DNA of 64,000 nt from an uncultured Pelagibacteraceae bacterium. Its GTDB lineage: Bacteria; Pseudomonadota; Alphaproteobacteria; Pelagibacterales; Pelagibacteraceae. The translations under genes were made by a program, and so were the position numbers. Shown one piece after another: positions 59,508-64,000 of this stretch (its first letter is position 1; the number at the start of each line of letters is the position of its first letter). The stretch covers positions 1,319-65,318 of the forward strand of contig CACBFE010000005.1 in assembly GCA_902538445.1 (NCBI GenBank), in the 5' to 3' direction. The notes beneath the pieces are model-generated. The model saw only the letters and a list, made by a program, of their open reading frames with translations. It searched no databases and had not been told where the DNA came from.

Positions 59508-61434
59508 TCCAGGCTCAGGCAATACTGTTATTAAATCAAAACTTATAAGCAGAAGAATGTTTCTAATTACTGCTGCAAAAGCTATAGTGATGGTCGGCTT
59601 AGTTGGCAGGCTTATCTCTCTTCAAATTAATCAAGCTACAAAATACAAATCTTTATCAGATAAAAATAGATTCAGAGAATGGAAGTTGGCACCTGAGAGA
59701 GGCACAATTAAAGATTTCTTTGGTACAGAAATCGCCTCGAATGAACCACTTTATCAGGTACATTTGATTCCAGAAAATGCGAAAGATTTAGATAATTTGT
59801 TTGTGAGGTTGAAAGCAATTCTAAACATAAGTGATAAAAAGGTTTCTTACTTAAGGAGATTGATAAAAAAACAAAAACCTTGGGAGCCAGTAATAGTTTC
59901 CGAAAATTTAGATTGGTCAGATTTTTCAAGAATAAACTTATTTTTACACGAACTAGAAGGAGTAGAGCCTATCGTATCTGTTGCAAGAACTTATCCTGAT
60001 AGTTCTTCTGCTCATATTTTGGGTTATGTCTCTCAAATTAGTGCTAAAGACTTACAATCAAAAGAATATCTTCAAGATCTAGCCGTGCCGGGCATGGCAA
60101 TTGGAAAAACTGGATTAGAGAGAAAACTAGATGAGCAGATAATTGGTAAAGTTGGATATCAAAGATATGAAGTAAATGCTTTTGGCAAAAGAATCAGAGA
60201 AATAAAAATTGACCAAGGTCAAGCAGGAAAAAGTTTCAAAACAACACTGGATTATGAAGTACAAAAATTTACTGCAGAGTTATTGAAAGACAAAGCTGCT
60301 GCAGTATGTGTGATGGATGTTTACAATGGTGATATTGTTTCTATGGTTTCTTCGCCAACATTTGAACCAAATCAATTTGTTCATGGTTTAGATAAAAAAT
60401 ATTGGAACAGTCTTATTAAAAACGAAAAAAAACCACTAGGTAATAAAGCATTATCTGGATTATACCCACCAGGCTCTACAATTAAGACCCTAGTAGCCTT
60501 AAGTGCTTTAGAAAACAAAATTATTAGACCTTTAGACACATTTAAATGTAAAGGAAAAATAGAGCTATATGGTGAAAAATTTCACTGCTGGGAAAAAGAT
60601 GGACACGGCATTGTAAATCTTAGAAAAGGAATTCAAAGATCTTGCGATGTTTATTTCTATGAGGTTGCTAGAAAACTTGGTGTTGATAGATTATCGGAAA
60701 CTGCAAAACGATTTGGTTTAGGAAAAAAAGTTTTGAGTGATTTTATAGAAGAGAGATCTGGTGTAGTTCCAAATACAAAATGGAAGAAAAAATTTATTGG
60801 ACAAAATTGGTATTTAGGTGAAACACTTCACTCAGGTATTGGTCAAGGGTATTTTCAAAGCACACCTCTTCAATTATGTTTAATGACAGCTCAATTAGGT
60901 AATGGCGGATTTAAGATAAAGCCAAGAATTATTTTTGATGAAAAAAATGATAATTTAAGAAATTATTTAAAATTTAAAAATGAAAATCCAAATCAACCTC
61001 TTCCAACTGACTTACTGATTTCAAACTTTAATCTTAAACCATTATTTAAAAATCAAGAACATATAAATCTAATTAAAGATGCCATGTTTTCATCATCAAA
61101 TGAACCTGGTGGAACTTCTTATAGACATAGATTTGAAAATCCAAAATACACATTTGCTGGAAAGACTGGTTCTTCACAGATCAAAAGATTTACAGAAGAA
61201 CAACGGGAAGCAGAAGTTAAACAAGAAAGTTTACCTTATAAAGATAGAGACCATGCTTTATTTGTAGCATTTGCTCCTTATAAAAACCCGCAATACGCAA
61301 TCAGTGTTCTTGTAGAGCATGGTGGATCCGGTGGTAAAGCTGCAGCACCTATAGCAAAGAAAGTAATTAAAAAGGTTCTTGAAAGACATGAACTAAGACG
61401 AAGTGTAAATAATTCATCAGGAGAGTCTGTTTAA
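59500..61434 (+). CDS. mrdA: Penicillin-binding protein 2
   Basis: P.RG.I.D, GK.GLE, YPPGST.K (SxxK), SCD, GKTG..Q, DHALF..FAP. Confidence 0.97.
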   Translation: MLSPGSGNTVIKSKLISRRMFLITAAKAIVMVGLVGRLISLQINQATKYKSLSDKNRFREWKLAPERGTIKDFFGTEIASNEPLYQVHLIPENAKDLDNLFVRLKAILNISDKKVSYLRRLIKKQKPWEPVIVSENLDWSDFSRINLFLHELEGVEPIVSVARTYPDSSSAHILGYVSQISAKDLQSKEYLQDLAVPGMAIGKTGLERKLDEQIIGKVGYQRYEVNAFGKRIREIKIDQGQAGKSFKTTLDYEVQKFTAELLKDKAAAVCVMDVYNGDIVSMVSSPTFEPNQFVHGLDKKYWNSLIKNEKKPLGNKALSGLYPPGSTIKTLVALSALENKIIRPLDTFKCKGKIELYGEKFHCWEKDGHGIVNLRKGIQRSCDVYFYEVARKLGVDRLSETAKRFGLGKKVLSDFIEERSGVVPNTKWKKKFIGQNWYLGETLHSGIGQGYFQSTPLQLCLMTAQLGNGGFKIKPRIIFDEKNDNLRNYLKFKNENPNQPLPTDLLISNFNLKPLFKNQEHINLIKDAMFSSSNEPGGTSYRHRFENPKYTFAGKTGSSQIKRFTEEQREAEVKQESLPYKDRDHALFVAFAPYKNPQYAISVLVEHGGSGGKAAAPIAKKVIKKVLERHELRRSVNNSSGESV

Positions 61435-62558
61435 TGTTACAACCACGATCCATTCAATCCTCGCAAAGTGTAAAAGATAAAATTTTATCGCTAGACTATA
61501 TTTTGGTTATTTCAGTTTTGCTTTTAGGTATAACTAGCATGTTTGCAATGTACTCCACCGATGGAGGCGAGTTCAAATATCACACAAACAGTCATATACT
61601 GAGATTTTTTGTTTTTTTTGGAATGTTTTTTGTAGTTTCCTTTATTTCTATAAGATTTTGGCACGAGACAAGTTATTTTTTTTATATTGGAGTATTTATT
61701 TTACTTCTTGGCGTAAAGTATTTTGGACTTACATCTTCTGGCTCGAAAAGATGGTTAGACCTTTATTTTATGAATCTACAACCCTCGGAATTAATGAAAA
61801 TTGGATTGATATTATTTTTAGCAAAATATTATCATCGTATTTCAATCGAAAGTATTAACAGTATTAAATACTTATTTGTTCCTATAACTGTTCTTATTGC
61901 TCCTGTAATATTAGTAGCAACGCAACCAGACCTTGGAACTTCGATACTAATTGCAGCTGGCGGTATCGCAGTAGCCTGGTTAGCTGGAGTAAGGGCAAAA
62001 TTTTTTGTTTTTTCGGCTTTTGCCATGTTAGCTTTGTTGCCAATCGCTATTTCATTTTTAAAGCCTTATCAAAAATCAAGAATATTAACTTTTCTAAATC
62101 CTGAACGAGATCCATTAGGAGCTGGCTATCAGATAATACAATCTAAAATCGCAATTGGCTCTGGAGGATTATTTGGGAAAGGTTTTTTAAACGGCTCACA
62201 GAGTTATTTGGATTATTTACCTGAAAAACATACTGACTTTATTTTTACACTTTTTTCGGAAGAATTTGGATTTTTTGGATCACTATTTATTCTTCTTTTA
62301 TATGTAGTAATTATTTCAAGAATTATAAGAGTCGGAAACATGACACGGAGTAATTTTGGCAAATTATACTGTTACAGTTTCGCTACAGCTTTCTTTTTAT
62401 ATGTAGCGGTTAATATGATGATGGTGCTAGGGCTACTACCCATTGTAGGATCTCCGTTACCCATTATGTCATATGGTGGCTCTTCAATGATGGCAATCAT
62501 GCTAGGCCTTGGAATAGTCATGTCATGCAAAATTTATAAGGATGTGCCTGTAAATTAA
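61434..62558 (+). CDS. rodA: Rod shape-determining protein RodA (SEDS)
   Basis: RW.D....LQPSE..K, QPDLGT, GYQIIQSKIAIGSGG, PEKHTDFIF, SYGGSS. Confidence 0.97.
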   Translation: MLQPRSIQSSQSVKDKILSLDYILVISVLLLGITSMFAMYSTDGGEFKYHTNSHILRFFVFFGMFFVVSFISIRFWHETSYFFYIGVFILLLGVKYFGLTSSGSKRWLDLYFMNLQPSELMKIGLILFLAKYYHRISIESINSIKYLFVPITVLIAPVILVATQPDLGTSILIAAGGIAVAWLAGVRAKFFVFSAFAMLALLPIAISFLKPYQKSRILTFLNPERDPLGAGYQIIQSKIAIGSGGLFGKGFLNGSQSYLDYLPEKHTDFIFTLFSEEFGFFGSLFILLLYVVIISRIIRVGNMTRSNFGKLYCYSFATAFFLYVAVNMMMVLGLLPIVGSPLPIMSYGGSSMMAIMLGLGIVMSCKIYKDVPVN

Positions 62559-62583
62559 ATAGGCCTAAATCGACCTATTTTAA
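62557..62583 (+). terminator. Possible weak hairpin after rodA
   Basis: AAATAGG-10 nt-CCTATTT followed by T/A run; weak stem. Confidence 0.3.
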
Positions 62584-62638
62584 TTAAAATTTTGACTTGT
62601 TTATTTTCTCAATTGATGCTTAATTATTAAAAAAATTT

Positions 62639-63082
62639 ATGTTTGGTGATAAGAATAAAATCAAAGACTCAGAGCGTTCACTTATAAGTGAAACAGTTAG
62701 TATTGAAGGAACTATCAATAGCTCAGGCGCAATTGACGTTGCTGGATTAGTTAAAGGTCCAGTTTATTCAAAAGAATTGATAGTAAGAGATACAGGGTCA
62801 ATCACAGGCTCAATAGAGGCTGATACCGTTGAGATCCACGGGCATTTAGACGGCAAAGTTTCCGCTCAAAACATTGTCATTGGTGCAACTGGAACAGTTA
62901 AAGGTGACATTGAGTTCGGAAATAATTTAAGAACTGAAAATGGCGCTGACATTGATGGCTATATTAAAAAAACAAATAGTTCGAAATCTAAACTAACAGG
63001 TGACTTCTTATTTAAGAAAAAAGATAAAAAAGAGGTAAACGAGGAAAGACCTGAAGTAGTAAATAAAGAAGCCATAGCCTAA
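62639..63082 (+). CDS. Bactofilin (polymer-forming cytoskeletal protein, CcmA family)
   Basis: S.IS....IEG.I...G.I.V.G.V.G, G.I.G.I.A..V.I.G...G.V.A, G.V.GDI, GA.I.G beta-helix repeats. Confidence 0.9.
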   Translation: MFGDKNKIKDSERSLISETVSIEGTINSSGAIDVAGLVKGPVYSKELIVRDTGSITGSIEADTVEIHGHLDGKVSAQNIVIGATGTVKGDIEFGNNLRTENGADIDGYIKKTNSSKSKLTGDFLFKKKDKKEVNEERPEVVNKEAIA

Positions 63083-63127
63083 TCTACCGCACTACTCTTT
63101 TTCAAAACATTGCAATATAATTTCCAT

Positions 63128-64000
63128 ATGGAAAATTATAAATGTAAATCCGTTGGAATTATAGGATCAGGCATCCAAGGAGTATGCACAGGAATACAAT
63201 TAATTAAAAAAGGAATACCCGTAACAATTTTTGACAGACATGATCCTCTTTCACATGAATTTAAATCAGCATCATATGGAAATGCAGGACATTTTTCTCC
63301 ATATGCGGTATTACAATTTAATCGTCCAGACGTTTTATATGATGTTCCCAAAATGCTAATAAGTTCTTACGGCCCATTGGCCCTTAAGTGGAATTATATT
63401 CCTAAAATGTTAAATTGGTTTTTACATTATTTTAAGAATTGCAATCATAAAGCTATGATGCATACAGCTAAATATATGCATCAGATATTAAGTTTGTCCA
63501 ACGATGCTTATGAAGAAATTTTTCAGGAAATAGACACTACTGGTTTAGTTGAAAAAAAAGGAATTATTTATATTTGGACTAACAAAAACTTAAAAAGTAG
63601 AAAATTAGAAATTAAAGTTAGAGAGGAATTAGGAATTGAACAAAAACTATTAACACAAAAAGAAGTCTTAGACTTAGAGCCAAACTTGCAACCAGTATTT
63701 GATGCTGGAGTAATTTATGAAAGTGCCATGCATGCGAGAGACCCACATGGTATACTTAAGGAAATATTTAAGTTATTTTTAAATCAAGGTGGGAAATTTA
63801 TTCAAACAAATGTAAAAAATTTAGAGCAAATCAATATTAACGAAACTGCTATTAGATGCGAAAATGAGGAATATAGATTTGAAAAAACAGTAGTAGCTAC
63901 CGGTGCTTTCTCAAAACTTTTGACTGATCAACTAGGAGAAAAAATTCCTTTAGATACAGAAAGAGGCTATCATGTGCACTTTAAGGATAAAGATCATCTA
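63128..64000 (+). CDS. FAD-dependent oxidoreductase, D-amino acid dehydrogenase (DadA-like) family, truncated by window end
   Basis: Manual translation MENYKCKSVGIIGSGIQGVCTG (GxGxxG), ASYGNAG, VVATGAFS, PLDTERGYH. Confidence 0.88.
   Translation, partial: MENYKCKSVGIIGSGIQGVCTGIQLIKKGIPVTIFDRHDPLSHEFKSASYGNAGHFSPYAVLQFNRPDVLYDVPKMLISSYGPLALKWNYIPKMLNWFLHYFKNCNHKAMMHTAKYMHQILSLSNDAYEEIFQEIDTTGLVEKKGIIYIWTNKNLKSRKLEIKVREELGIEQKLLTQKEVLDLEPNLQPVFDAGVIYESAMHARDPHGILKEIFKLFLNQGGKFIQTNVKNLEQININETAIRCENEEYRFEKTVVATGAFSKLLTDQLGEKIPLDTERGYHVHFKDKDHL

Overview
AT-rich, tightly packed core-genome window whose gene content, composition and very short spacers point to a streamlined alphaproteobacterium, most likely Pelagibacterales/SAR11 (inferred, not searched). 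It contains trxB, carAB, dnaG-rpoD, tRNA-Ile2(CAT), mlaC/mlaA, RNase P RNA, and a full dcw cluster with ftsZ placed between mraZ and rsmH, a MurE-MurF fusion and a very diverged FtsA. It continues with lpxC-bamD-ligA, uvrD, fumC, a circularly permuted two-piece tmRNA (tag ANESYALAA), thyX, hflKC-degP-miaA, ilvIHC-leuA, mreBCD-mrdA-rodA and a bactofilin. The most striking unexplained structure lies just downstream of the tmRNA gene (about 43.0-44.1 kb). Two extra copies of the 23-bp 3' end of the tmRNA coding piece delimit two tandem single-gene cassettes of 644 and 410 bp. The cassette next to ssrA carries paired GGGCGACA-like motifs with 11-bp spacing about 60 bp inside each end, resembling integrase arm sites. 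No integrase is visible in the window, and each repeat supplies a -35-like TTGCCA pointing into its cargo gene. This suggests an integron-like array of minimal cassettes mobilised in trans, which is an inference that needs comparative and experimental checks.
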